A stretch of 64,000 nt of DNA from Candidatus Bathyarchaeota archaeon (GTDB lineage Archaea > Thermoproteota > Bathyarchaeia > Bathyarchaeales > Bathycorpusculaceae). The position numbers and the translations under genes were made by a program. Shown piece after piece: positions 19,879 to 30,566 of this stretch (the stretch's first letter is position 1; each line of letters starts with the position of its first letter). The stretch is taken from the NCBI GenBank assembly GCA_963767735.1, contig CAVYES010000006.1, positions 96,001 to 160,000 of the forward strand, in the 5' to 3' direction. The notes below the pieces were generated by a model. The model saw only the letters and a list, made by a program, of their open reading frames with translations. It had not been told where the DNA came from and made no database searches.

Positions 19879-21489
19879 TTATTCTAGCCAGTTGCGGGAT
19901 TCAAAGACCGTTTTTCCCGCCATGTTAACTTTTAAGCAGCTTTTTTCAGGGCACATTTCGACACATCGCAAACACATTATGCATGCTGGGTCATTCACGT
20001 TTCCGCCTTTCTCTTTATAAACTTTGGTAACTTGAGTGGGGCAGACTCTTTTGCAGATGCCGCATTTGGTGCATTTCGTTTCTGTCTTTTCGAGGCGTGT
20101 AACTGAAACGTATTTGAATGGTGGAAAAGTGCTGAAGAGGGCGATTAAACCGCCTAAAGGGCATATTCTGCACCAGGAACGTCTAAATACGAAGGCAGCC
20201 GCCGTGACTATTCCCAGGCTTAACAGGTTGAGAGATGTGACGTAGTATCCCAACTGCAGAAATTGCCCTGTTGTAGTGCTAAAGATTTGCGCTGGTCTCA
20301 TTGGCCCAAGAAGAGTTTCTATCATAACGCAAAGGGGTTTCATGGGACAAACTTGGCAGAAGGGCGAGGAAAAATACGTGTAGGTGTATCCTCCAGGTTG
20401 GGTGCCTGGAACTACCAGTGTGCCTGTGATGGCTTCTGATCCTAAAATGAAGCTTACGATTATAATTGAGGCTATGATTACGTATCTAAGTTGCCGGATT
20501 TTTTCACTGGTTTTTTCGGAGAGATCTTTGTGACGAAATCTTGAATGTTTTGCGGATCCAGCTGATAAAGTCCAAATAAAGACCGAAAGGACAAGCCCAT
20601 CCGCAGAAAATTCTTCCTAGAATAAGAGACATCAGTATCACTAGACCAAACACTATCGCAAGTCGCTCTATGCCTGGAAGGACATAGTTTACATCCCATC
20701 CGTGGCCAGAGTTCCAGAATGGGAAAATGTAAGCTTGAATTTGCCACAGAGCACAGGTGACGGTTCTTCCACAGGCGTAGTAGCAGCCGAATGTAGGGAC
20801 CGAAAGACCGTCGGGATTTGATACGCCTGCTAGATTTGTTCCAATTAGGTAGTCGTGTTCTGTCATGGATGCGAATGGGAACCCGGGCAATCCATTAACC
20901 CCAATAAAGACACCTAAGAATAGGAAGAAAACGAGGGCAATTTGGACATAAACTCTGGCTGACGTTACTTTTCTTTTTTTGTCTCGAACAATCTTGGCAA
21001 CTGCTAGTGCGCCTCCTATTATTATGAATAAGCCTAACCCTATCACGAGAAGGCTGGGTGTTGGTGTAATAAGCGGGCTCCAAATCGGAATAGGAGGAGG
21101 CGTAGAGTTTGGGGGAGAAAGCACGTTCTACAGAGAGCCTAGTAATCTATGGCGTCGTGTATTGTATATATGCTCCAGAAACCGTATTCATTAAGCGTCA
21201 ACGTAACGTTAAATTGGCCTGTAGCGTTGACTGTAGTATAACAATTTACCCAGCTTGAGTCAGGTCTGACAAAAGTTACTAGTACAGAAGCGTTTTGTTG
21301 GAATGGATATATTAGCCCTGTGACGGTCACAGATTGGTTTATGTTGATTTGAGTTGGGCTTACGTTTGCAATTACGGATGGACCAGAGCAAGCGTTTGCA
21401 GGTTCACCAACGTTAGAAGTTATTAGCAAGACCATTACTACTAAAACAGCCAAAGCTGTTACCGAAATATAACCCGGTATCTTAACCAT
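19879..21489 (-). pseudogene. Frameshifted NapH/MauN-like membrane 4Fe-4S protein with N-terminal Ig-like domain
   Basis: Fragments carry GRIFCGWACPFG, FCQVCPM, RSWCRICPLG and two CxxCxxCxxxCP motifs, split over ORFs 21139-21489, 20504-21124 and 19879-20343. Confidence 0.8.
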
Positions 21490-21608
21490 AGTAAATCGCT
21501 TTGAGTTTCAGTATTTCATCAAGGTGGACTGTTTTCATCAGGTCGTAATATTATTATTTGAAATTGCTTAAAAGTTTATGGAAGTTCGCTTCAGAAACAA
21601 AAATGTTT

Positions 21609-22940
21609 TCAGGCCTCTGCCAAAGCACTCTTTGCTCCATTTATCATTTTAGCTTTGAATCTCTTTTGAAACATCAAGAAAACCACTGTTGCAACGACAG
21701 CGACCGTAACTATCACCCCGATGATAACGGGCAAAGTGTTAGAGGACGTAGGTGAAGCGTTCAAGGCGTAAACGCCCAAAGCATAAACAGTTTTTCCGCC
21801 GCCTACGTAGAGGACTCCGTTGGCAACAGCGGGAGAAGACAAAACCATGCCGCCTGTAGTATAATTCCAAAGTTTGACGCCGCTTGAAGCATTCAAGGCA
21901 TAAACATTGCCATTATAGGAGCCAACATAAACTACACCCTTTACAACGGCAGGGGAAGATGTAGGAAATGGATAAATGTGAACTGCCTCGTTGACGGCGT
22001 AATTCCAGAGTTTGGCACCGTTTGTGGAGTTCAAAGCATAAAGGTTACCGTCCTGCGAACCTATGTATACTATGCCGTTAACAACAGCGGGAGACGAAGC
22101 AACGTAGCTGCCTGTGGTATAATTCCACATTTCGACGCCGCTTGCAGCGTTCAAAGCATAAACATTGCCGTCCCAAGAGCCGACATAGACAACGCCGCCG
22201 ATGATTGCAGGAGACGAATCAACATAGAGACCAGTGGTGTAATTCCAGATTTTGGCGCCGGTAGCAGCATTCAAAGCGTAAACGTTTTTGTCATCGGCGC
22301 CGAAATAGACTATGCCGTTCACTACAGCTGGGGATGATTCAACCAATACATTGTCGTCGTTGTCGATGATGTAATGCCAGATTTGGGCGCCACTTGTAGC
22401 GTTCAAAGCATAAACGCCGCCTTCATCAGCGCCTATGTAGACTACATCGCCTACAACTGTAGGAGATGACTCAACATCTGCGCCTGTTCCATTTAAAAGG
22501 GTGAAATCCCAGAGTTTGGCGCTATTAGTAGCCTTCAAAGCATACACATTATCCCATGAGCCTATGTAGACTACTCCGCCGACGACAGCGGGAGACGAAA
22601 TTCCACCATCGATAGTGTAGTTCCAGAGTTGGGTGCCAGTTATAGCGTTCAAAGCATAAATGTTCTTATCATTTGAATCGACGTAGACGACGCCGTTGAC
22701 AACGGCGGAAGACGAGTCAACCAAGAGGCCGTTAGTGAAAGTGTAATTCCAAAGTAACGTGGGGATAAGCACTGAATTACCTGTTCCTGTGCCACTGTGC
22801 GAAGGGTTCGCACGAAACATTGACCAGCCAGGGGAAGCCTGCTGAGCAGCCGCTTTTGCCGCGAATGTGGAGAAGAACTGTAAGCACAAAATGAAAATAA
22901 CCGCAACTGCTAATGTTCCTCTCAGTTTCTGTGCCCCCAA
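21609..22940 (-). CDS. PQQ-like beta-propeller surface protein
   Basis: WSMFRANPSHSG, about 8 SSPAV/YALNA repeats, C-terminal TM helix. Confidence 0.92.
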   Translation of the reverse strand: MGAQKLRGTLAVAVIFILCLQFFSTFAAKAAAQQASPGWSMFRANPSHSGTGTGNSVLIPTLLWNYTFTNGLLVDSSSAVVNGVVYVDSNDKNIYALNAITGTQLWNYTIDGGISSPAVVGGVVYIGSWDNVYALKATNSAKLWDFTLLNGTGADVESSPTVVGDVVYIGADEGGVYALNATSGAQIWHYIIDNDDNVLVESSPAVVNGIVYFGADDKNVYALNAATGAKIWNYTTGLYVDSSPAIIGGVVYVGSWDGNVYALNAASGVEMWNYTTGSYVASSPAVVNGIVYIGSQDGNLYALNSTNGAKLWNYAVNEAVHIYPFPTSSPAVVKGVVYVGSYNGNVYALNASSGVKLWNYTTGGMVLSSPAVANGVLYVGGGKTVYALGVYALNASPTSSNTLPVIIGVIVTVAVVATVVFLMFQKRFKAKMINGAKSALAEA

Positions 22941-23081
22941 ATGAAGTAAACGTCTGCGTGTGGAAATAAAACTTGTGCAGCTTTTCCTCGTTACAATTGC
23001 AAAAAATTATATAGCCGTATCGAATTAACGCTGGGTAAGCATGAACTTACTCTGTAATGAGCAAGAAAAGCATCATACGTA

Positions 23082-23606
23082 ATGGATCAAGGAGAAGGAA
23101 CAAATATGAATAAAAAGATGGCAGGGTTAATTGTAATCGTTGCTGTTGTCATTGTCTGTGTTTTGGTGGGTGCTCTTGTTGTAGCGCCTTTATTTACTTC
23201 GGCTCAGCAAACACCGAAGCGTCTTGATTTTACAGTCACTGGAACAAATAGTTGCCTGCGGTTTTTGGATGCTAATGTATCGCTTTGCTATGTACCTTTT
23301 ACGGTGGGCGCAAATCAGAACTGGCAATTGACGATAAATTGCACCCAAATGCCTGGTGGTGCCAGCGGTTGGACTGACTTATACATTTACAATGGCTACT
23401 GGGATAATGGGACCAACTATAAGTGCACTGCGGAAGATGTTTACCCAATTCTGGCCAACATACAGAGCACTAATTGGGAAATACAAGGGAACACCGCTTT
23501 CACAGAAACCTTTAACGGAACCACAACTTCACAAAGCTACACTATCTTCTTTGTTTTCCCAAATGGCGGGCAAGGAACATTCCACGTAACGTACCAGCAA
23601 ATATAA
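23082..23606 (+). CDS. Membrane-anchored secreted protein (likely start ATG 23106)
   Basis: MNKK plus TM; beta-rich domain with several Cys. Confidence 0.75.
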   Translation: MDQGEGTNMNKKMAGLIVIVAVVIVCVLVGALVVAPLFTSAQQTPKRLDFTVTGTNSCLRFLDANVSLCYVPFTVGANQNWQLTINCTQMPGGASGWTDLYIYNGYWDNGTNYKCTAEDVYPILANIQSTNWEIQGNTAFTETFNGTTTSQSYTIFFVFPNGGQGTFHVTYQQI

Positions 23607-23953
23607 TAATCAAAAGCGCTTAGGAAAAAAGATTCTTGCACAACAAAAGAAGACAAAGAATTGCTAACGTTGGGGATTGTATTCTGCTAGGTTTTTTATA
23701 AAGTACATTTGCTTTTCTTGCAGACCCGAAACCAATAAGGCTCCATGCGCGTTAGCCTGCCCGAGCAAATCAATCAACTGCACATGGAAGCCACAATAGC
23801 TCGTTATTCCTAACTTTACAATTGTTTTTAACATTTTTGCAATAAAGCGTCGGACCGCTTCAAAAATTTTAGTCACCCGTATCAAATTGTGTAAGATTTA
23901 AATGCTGTTTCCATATTACTTGCTTTCATTAGAATATTCAATGAGAACTCTCC

Positions 23954-24652
23954 ATGTCATTGATACCTGCAGTTTCTAATCCGTTTCTCGGAGCGTTTGC
24001 CGGCGGCTTATTGTATGGATTAGCTGTTTGCACCGCAGCCTGTGTGCCTTACATCGCAAGTTACATTGCAGGTGTCGGTGCCGGTTTTCGCAAAGGCACC
24101 GTTATCACTTTAATTTTTAATTCCGGACGGATAGTAGCTTATGCGTTAATTGGATGTTTAGTTGGTTTATTTAGCGGCTTGTTCAGGTTGGCTTTGTCTG
24201 ATACCGCAATTTCGCCGTTTCAAATTTATTCTTCAATTACCTTCAGCATCGTGACTATGATTATTGGCGTTAGCGTTCTTCTAAAGTTAAGATCACCCTG
24301 CGAGTGCAACCTACCAAAGAGCAAAACCTCGGTTACTCAGGGAACAACAGGTAGGTTTGGGTTTGATTTTGGCGCTTTTTCGCTTGGTTTAAGCAGAGGA
24401 CTAATCTTATGTCCACCGTTAGTGGCGCTTTTAATTTATTCGCTGCCTTTCTCAACTCCATTGGGCAGTGTGGGGTTAGCTGTCTTGTTTGGTTTAGGAA
24501 CCGCATTGTCCCCGATGTTGCTGCTTGGAGGAGCTACCGGTTGGCTTCTTAACAAGGCACCCCTATTGCGGAAATGGATTTCAATTGGGGGCGCGGGGAT
24601 TCTAATAGTGCTTGGAATTGCCGAATTAATTAATGCAATAATCAAACTATAA
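23954..24652 (+). CDS. DsbD_2/CcdA-like (TauE/SafE-type) membrane protein
   Basis: G...C...C.P, FNSGRIVAY, G.SRGLI.CPPL, FGLGT..PM; multiple TM helices. Confidence 0.85.
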   Translation: MSLIPAVSNPFLGAFAGGLLYGLAVCTAACVPYIASYIAGVGAGFRKGTVITLIFNSGRIVAYALIGCLVGLFSGLFRLALSDTAISPFQIYSSITFSIVTMIIGVSVLLKLRSPCECNLPKSKTSVTQGTTGRFGFDFGAFSLGLSRGLILCPPLVALLIYSLPFSTPLGSVGLAVLFGLGTALSPMLLLGGATGWLLNKAPLLRKWISIGGAGILIVLGIAELINAIIKL

Positions 24653-24762
24653 TAATCAGATGACGAGAAAGAAATGGCTTGGAATCAAGCAGGGTGCAGC
24701 GCGTTGGCTTGTCCCGAATAGTTATAGCGCGAATGGCTCTTAGAAGAAGATGAAAAACTTTT

Positions 24763-24969
24763 TTGCTCAAGTTGCCTTATGAAGGAAGCATCAGAGATAG
24801 ACCAGATTTTTTAGCCATAAGAGACCCGCATGAGAGAATCTTTGGATTGCCAGCTTTGCACTCTAGACGAAAAAGCGGATCTCTAGCTGAAGGCGTTCAG
24901 TTTACAAACGTAAAATTTGTTTCGATTAGCACCTACCTAAACGAACATCTTCATTTCTCTATCGGATGA
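24763..24969 (+). pseudogene. Possible remnant related to ORF 9615-10160
   Basis: IRDRPDFLAIRDP versus ITRRPEYLAVRDP. Confidence 0.35.
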
Positions 24970-25082
24970 GCTCCTGACACTGAAGAATTTCGCTCTGCTC
25001 TTAAGGGCTAGCGCGCTAACAACAGCAGGATACGAACCAACCTGTCCAGATTTAAGAATTATTATCCGATAGTTTTCTAACA

Positions 25083-25325
25083 TTATTTGCGCCCGCGCGC
25101 GAATATTGCTACTAAACCAAAGAAAAAAACTATCCATGCAATAATTATTAAATAATATAGGGTGATTTGTAATGCTGTATAAGGTGTATAAGAAGCCATT
25201 GTTTTGTTTGTCATATTCCACCAGTATCCACCAACAAAATATGTAAACAAAACAAATAGAACAACTAATATTATTTTGCCTATACTAGCTATTCCCGTTT
25301 CTATTTCACTACCTTTCGTCATCAA
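25083..25325 (-). CDS. Small two-TM membrane protein
   Basis: Two hydrophobic segments and a basic tail. Confidence 0.55.
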   Translation of the reverse strand: MMTKGSEIETGIASIGKIILVVLFVLFTYFVGGYWWNMTNKTMASYTPYTALQITLYYLIIIAWIVFFFGLVAIFARGRK

Positions 25326-25414
25326 ATTTGTGTTCTATTTAGTGTGCGCGCTAAAAATAAATATTCCCATGTAGCGCGCCTTCGGCGCTAAAGAACTATT
25401 AAAGACCTTTTGCT

Positions 25415-25570
25415 TATGGTTCTAACAAGCTTTTGCTTTTCTTGCCTCTTATTATTAATACAAGCCCAACTGCAACGATTGCCACGATAGCTACGGCAAT
25501 CCCTACTCCATAGATTGCTTCTTGAAGCAAACTTGATTGCGGCGTATGGCTCGGAGAAGGGGAGAGTGTA
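25415..25570 (-). pseudogene. Orphan C-terminal membrane-anchor fragment
   Basis: Hand translation TLSPSPSHTPQSSLLQEAIYGVGIAVAIVAIVAVGLVLIIRGKKSK, with no ectodomain upstream. Confidence 0.65.
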
Positions 25571-25650
25571 GAGCGCGGCGCGCTAGATGGATGCTTGATT
25601 TTCGGAAAAGTATTATAGAGTGAAAAATAACCTCGTAATTTGAGTCACTT

Positions 25651-26367
25651 ATGCTTAAAACGGTTGTTGCAATCATATTTGTTGCGTTGATATCTGCTTC
25701 GACAACTTTACCGTTAGGTCAGCTAACTGTGGGTCAGCCTTCCGTGGGGGTAAAGCCAGGCTACTGGGTTGAATACACGGTTAAAACTTCAGGATCCCCT
25801 CCAGCGGCCCAGGATATTACGTGGGCTAAAATTGAGATTTTAGATGTAGAAGGCGAATGGTTTAACGCCAACTTCACTGTTAGATACGTTAATGGAACGG
25901 TTTCAAGTAACGTCGGATCATTCAACTTCACTTCTGGAAATACTGAAACTTGGATAATTATCCCTGCAAACCTGGGCCCGGGACAATCCTTCTATGATTC
26001 ATCAACCGGCAACGCAACCATTCAAGGTCAACTGCAAAAGACCGTTGCAGGAGCAACCCGAGCAGTCACATACACGAACCGCACCTTAAACGGCATTGTA
26101 CTAGATAAACAATGGGATAAAGCAACGGGCTTTTATATTCAAAGTGCTGATGACATCACAACCGCTGCACCGGTAGCTGTTAACGGCGGTTTAGCTTACA
26201 CAATCAATGCAAGAGCATATGCGACAAACATCTGGAGCCCACAAATCTTAGGCTTGAACCAAACCGTCTTCTACATCGTTATCGTAATCGTCATAGTTGC
26301 AGTAGCACTAATAGTTTCAGTGTTGGTTTTGGATCGAAGGAGAAAAAAAGTCCTGATAACTAAGTAA
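25651..26367 (+). CDS. Secreted protein with C-terminal TM anchor
   Basis: Signal peptide; VGVK.G.WVEY.V...IIPANL..G...WDKATG...TNIW; TM helix plus RRRKK. Confidence 0.85.
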   Translation: MLKTVVAIIFVALISASTTLPLGQLTVGQPSVGVKPGYWVEYTVKTSGSPPAAQDITWAKIEILDVEGEWFNANFTVRYVNGTVSSNVGSFNFTSGNTETWIIIPANLGPGQSFYDSSTGNATIQGQLQKTVAGATRAVTYTNRTLNGIVLDKQWDKATGFYIQSADDITTAAPVAVNGGLAYTINARAYATNIWSPQILGLNQTVFYIVIVIVIVAVALIVSVLVLDRRRKKVLITK

Positions 26368-26539
26368 ACGTCAGCTTAAGAAGGGGTTTAGGCTTGCTCG
26401 TCAAGAAAATGTTAATCGAAATAATTTCGCAAGAGACTGGCTTGCTGGCGGAGGCGCATCTTCCTCTGCAGTCATCAACGGCATATTATAGCGCGATGGT
26501 ATAAGAAATGTTAAACGAGCTGGGCGCTCATGCCATATT

Positions 26540-26715
26540 ATGAGCGCCTTAGTTTGTGGGTTAGATGTGCATAAGGACAGTACTTATACGACTATTTTGA
26601 ATTCTGAAGGAAAAATCGTCAACCAAACAAGAATGAGTAATGAAAAAGTGCTTCCGTATCTCTCGCATTTTGACGTAGGCAAGATCGGTATGGAATCTTC
26701 CAACCAGATCGCATC
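26540..26715 (+). mobile_element. IS110-family transposase, 5' remnant
   Basis: VCGLDVHKDS...I.N..G......R...IGMESS (DEDD RuvC-like N-terminus); similarity ends after about 58 codons. Confidence 0.8.
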
Positions 26716-27208
26716 GAGCAGGCTGAGGCAGTACTGCGAAAGCACAAAACTAAAAGAAGAAGACGAGAAGGATGCAGCCAACTCTTGCAGTCTTTGTTGC
26801 CTCTTGCTTCATTTTTTCACCTTACTAAGCAACGGCAGTCATTTTGAGCCTGAAGAACTATATTATTTTTGTCATCGGTTCGTCTAACGTAGTTTTCCAC
26901 AAATAAACGATGAGAGTTTTAGGCAATGGTCGGTGTCTCCAACTAGGAATCATGTTAAGGTAATGAGGTGATTTGATAAGTGAAGAAAAATTTGATACCG
27001 AATGTTTTGAGAAACTTAAAGCAGTATTCAACGAATATGAGGCGGAGCAGAAAGAGCGTTTCAAAAACTTTAGCAGAGGTCTCAGTAATAGTAGTAAGTT
27101 AAGCGCTTATCGCGTGAAGAACGGCCAGAAAGGCACCATTGCAAACGACATTAGCGGAGAAGCGCAAAGTGTGGCCATAAGCACCTTCTAGTGCTTTTCT
27201 TTCGTAGT

Positions 27209-28408
27209 CTACCTTGAATCATGATTAGTCCGTGTAGCTTTTTTTACGACCAATGCAACCGCACAAATGGTCACTAGCCCCAGTACTAATAATAAAATGA
27301 TCGCCGTCGTGCTGAACTCCGGAATAGTTGGGCTTGGAGACGAAGACGCGTCAGAAGCATTAGGTATAACAGATACTGTATCAGATAGAGAATTGGCTAC
27401 AAAGACCTCACCTTTGGCAGAATCGTAGGCAATGTCCGATGGAAGGTTTCCCACAGTCAAGTTGGCAACCACAGAATTGCTGCTATCTGATATAACCGAG
27501 ACTGTATTGGAATTGAAATTAGGAGCATAATTGGTTGCGAAGATTTCGTCATTACCAGAATCATAAGCTATGACATCGGGACTGGTTCCTTTCAGGGTCA
27601 GGTTTGCAACCACGGTATTGGTTTTGTCCGATATAACGGCGAGCGTTCCGTTAGGGTTGGTTGCATAGATTTCGCCTTTGTTAGGATTATAGACCATGCC
27701 AGTGGGATTAAATCCGATGGGTACGGTCGCAACTACGACATTATTGCTGTCCGATATAACGGATACCTGGCCCCCATTATTGGGGTTGTCTTCGCTAACG
27801 AATATTTCGCCTTTGCCAGAATCGTAGGCTATAGCTTCAGGGTTTGTTCCTTCGAGATTCAGATTAGCAATCACAGTATTGCTGTTGTCCGATATCACGG
27901 AGACTGTACCGTTAGATATAACGTATGGGGAGCCGTAGAGTAAGCCGACGTTGGGATTGGTTACGAATATTTCGCCTTTGGCAGAATCATAGGCTACCAT
28001 ATTTGGTGCGTCTCCAGGATTTGGTCCTCCCAGAGTCAAGTTAGCAACCACAATATTGCTGCTATCGGATATAACGAAGACGGTACCAGAGGGATTGGTA
28101 ACATAGATTTCGCCTTTAGCAGAATCATAAACTATCCATCCAAGATGAAGATTATTTCCCAAATTCAGGTTGGCAACTACTGTATTGCTACTATCCGATA
28201 TAACTGAGACAGTGTCATAACCCAAATTAGTGTTAAAAAGAGTCATATAGATCTCGCCCTTCCCCGAATCATAAGCTAAGGTGTTAGGATCACCTCCTAC
28301 AGTTATCGTGTGGATTTCGCCGACGGCGTTTACCGCATCGGCTACCGATAGAGCAAGAATTATAATGAATAGAATTGAAATAGAGAAGATTCTTGTCAGG
28401 TTCTTCAT
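27209..28408 (-). CDS. YncE/YVTN-like beta-propeller surface protein with PEF-type anchor
   Basis: About 7 repeats P..AYDS.KGEI.V.N...VSVISD..N.VVA; tail TIPEF plus TM helix. Confidence 0.92.
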   Translation of the reverse strand: MKNLTRIFSISILFIIILALSVADAVNAVGEIHTITVGGDPNTLAYDSGKGEIYMTLFNTNLGYDTVSVISDSSNTVVANLNLGNNLHLGWIVYDSAKGEIYVTNPSGTVFVISDSSNIVVANLTLGGPNPGDAPNMVAYDSAKGEIFVTNPNVGLLYGSPYVISNGTVSVISDNSNTVIANLNLEGTNPEAIAYDSGKGEIFVSEDNPNNGGQVSVISDSNNVVVATVPIGFNPTGMVYNPNKGEIYATNPNGTLAVISDKTNTVVANLTLKGTSPDVIAYDSGNDEIFATNYAPNFNSNTVSVISDSSNSVVANLTVGNLPSDIAYDSAKGEVFVANSLSDTVSVIPNASDASSSPSPTIPEFSTTAIILLLVLGLVTICAVALVVKKATRTNHDSR

Positions 28409-28639
28409 AATGATATGTGAACTTCAATTATCTTATAAGTTCCCGCAACTTTTAGGGGAAAAATTGTGTCTCTTTCAGTTTTGTCTGAGATAGCCCGTAT
28501 CGCCAGTTAGATTTTTCGCTTCTGCGTTCCCCTTTTTCTTTTTTGGGCTTTCGTTGCAGAAATCGAATTCTTGATTTTGCGCTTATTGACAAACGAAGAG
28601 TAGGTACATCTAATCGTGGGAAAAGGTCATTGCTTCAAC

Positions 28640-28659
28640 TTAGCGGTTTTTCGATGCCT
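28640..28659. repeat. 20-bp exact copy of the end of the 130-bp repeat (orphan RHRKTA tail)
   Basis: TTAGCGGTTTTTCGATGCCT is identical to 13652-13671. Confidence 0.85.
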
Positions 28660-28690
28660 AATTAGTACAGAACAAATAACAAGTCAAAAG

Positions 28691-29197
28691 CTATTTGACA
28701 ATTGTTACGTTTAGTGGCACAGTTTGAAAAACACTTTTGCTGTTTGGTTCTGTAAAAATAAAGCCTACAAATTGGTATACTCCTACTGCTGCTACATCGT
28801 TGCGGTAAGCTGTTAACCAATTAAAATTTTCGGTGATGCTTCTTTCTGGCGCAAGTGTCACGGTTGAATTAAGCCCTCCTTCGTTTTCTTGTGCTATTAC
28901 AAGATTGCTTTTATTGTCATAAACGTCAAACTCGAAATATGAGTTGGAGCTGACGAAAGAGAGCTTCAAAGCTTGATGACTAACGTTGGTTAACGCCAAA
29001 GTTACGTTGATGTTTTGTCCTTGTGTATAGGTAGTTGTTTTTGCACTAAGAGTCAAAGAAAGTTGTAATCCATTGGTTACACTACTGTCTGCGGTTCTGC
29101 CACTGGTTGAATAGGTATTCATTACAAAATAGAATGCCGTTAGCGAGATAATCAGTAGCACTGCAGAGGCTAAGATTATTAATTTATTTTTGCGCAT
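28691..29197 (-). CDS. Membrane-anchored Ig-like (BsuPI-like) protein
   Basis: N-terminal TM; LQL.L....T.Y..G..I..T..LTN, F.VYD, TL.P.......W, G.Y. Confidence 0.75.
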   Translation of the reverse strand: MRKNKLIILASAVLLIISLTAFYFVMNTYSTSGRTADSSVTNGLQLSLTLSAKTTTYTQGQNINVTLALTNVSHQALKLSFVSSNSYFEFDVYDNKSNLVIAQENEGGLNSTVTLAPERSITENFNWLTAYRNDVAAVGVYQFVGFIFTEPNSKSVFQTVPLNVTIVK

Positions 29198-30566
29198 AAT
29201 CTACGATTGAAGCTTATTTTTTGCGTCTATTTAAAACCAGCAGTTAGAGCCCTAAATGACTCCATGAAAAGAAACGCTTAATCAGCTCAGTCTCCATCAA
29301 CCTCTCGTTTGGGAGAGTTCAATAATCCTTAATCCGGCTAAGTTTTGATGGTCAATCAAGGAAGGATTCATAGTAATTTTTTCTTTCTCCATTTAAAATC
29401 ACTTCTTGTTCACCAACTTATTTTCTAGCTAAGAAAGCCTTACATTACCCAAAACAAAGTTAAAGCTAGAATCCTTCCTTCAATATTGAACCAAAATTCT
29501 TTATCCTAACCCATTTTGGACCTTCCTTTGCTGTTTACGTTTTAGATGATCCAAAGTCCAGTTAGACGTTTGACGTAAAAAAGTTCAGTTATTTTTTGAA
29601 AATTCTCAACTCTTCGCCCGTTTTCTTCTGGAAACTCCGAGTTACTCTCTGGAAACTAGAGGTCTGTAATAAGTAAATAGGACGGATAAAGACGTTTCAG
29701 CCTAATTTTAAGGAGACTTGATTTTGGATGAAATGGCTCTTCGACAAGTATACGAGATTTAGATTTTCTGAAAAGCATAAAATTCGGTTATTATTGAAAA
29801 ATACTTGAACTCTTTTCTATTTTCTATTTCCTTCATTGTCTAAGAAGGGATGACCGAATATCAAGTTCCCGCCTGCTCTTTTAATTCTACCCCGCTTATT
29901 TCCGCGCCAAATTTTCTTAAACTCCGAAGTACAAAAAAACCATCAAAAACTCCTTTATCATTGAAGTTTGTAAGAAGTCAAAATGGGAAGTATGTTCCCC
30001 TCAAATGAAAACGTTTGGTTGGGTCAACATTGGGAGGACATGGAGGCTTTTGAGCCCCACTAAAGAGACCTTGGCATGTCTGAACCAAAACGTGCTTTGA
30101 CCTGCCAAATCATACTTACCCCTTTTTTTATAAAAATCAAAAAGTCATTAATGTCCGTCAGCTGAGTAACGGTTTTTAGGAAATCCATTAAGTCCATAGA
30201 TTCGACGATGGAACAACACACTTGATAAGGTTTAGAAATAGAAATCTGCGTCTATAAGAACTATGAATCCATGCTCGAACTGAGAAAACAAGAAAGAAGA
30301 TAACGAAGTTTATTGTCATTTCTAAAGATGCGGATTTACTATGAAATGTAAGAATTGCGGGCACCTTGTCTGGGTTGTTAGTACAGTTGGCGAAGACACA
30401 GTTTACAAACACAAACAATCTAACCATAGCTTTTACTGCCCCTGCAGGAAACCTGAGCCATCTTAGTATCAAAATTGTAGCTTTCAGGTTCTCAAAAACT
30501 TACTTTTAACTGTTCGTAATCTAAGATACATACATACTATATTCAGCAAAAACATGCATTTCGATA

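Noticed and set aside
21139-21141. Pyrrolysine or other readthrough at TAG in the 4Fe-4S gene
   Set aside because: The downstream homology needs frameshifts, so decay or error explains it better.
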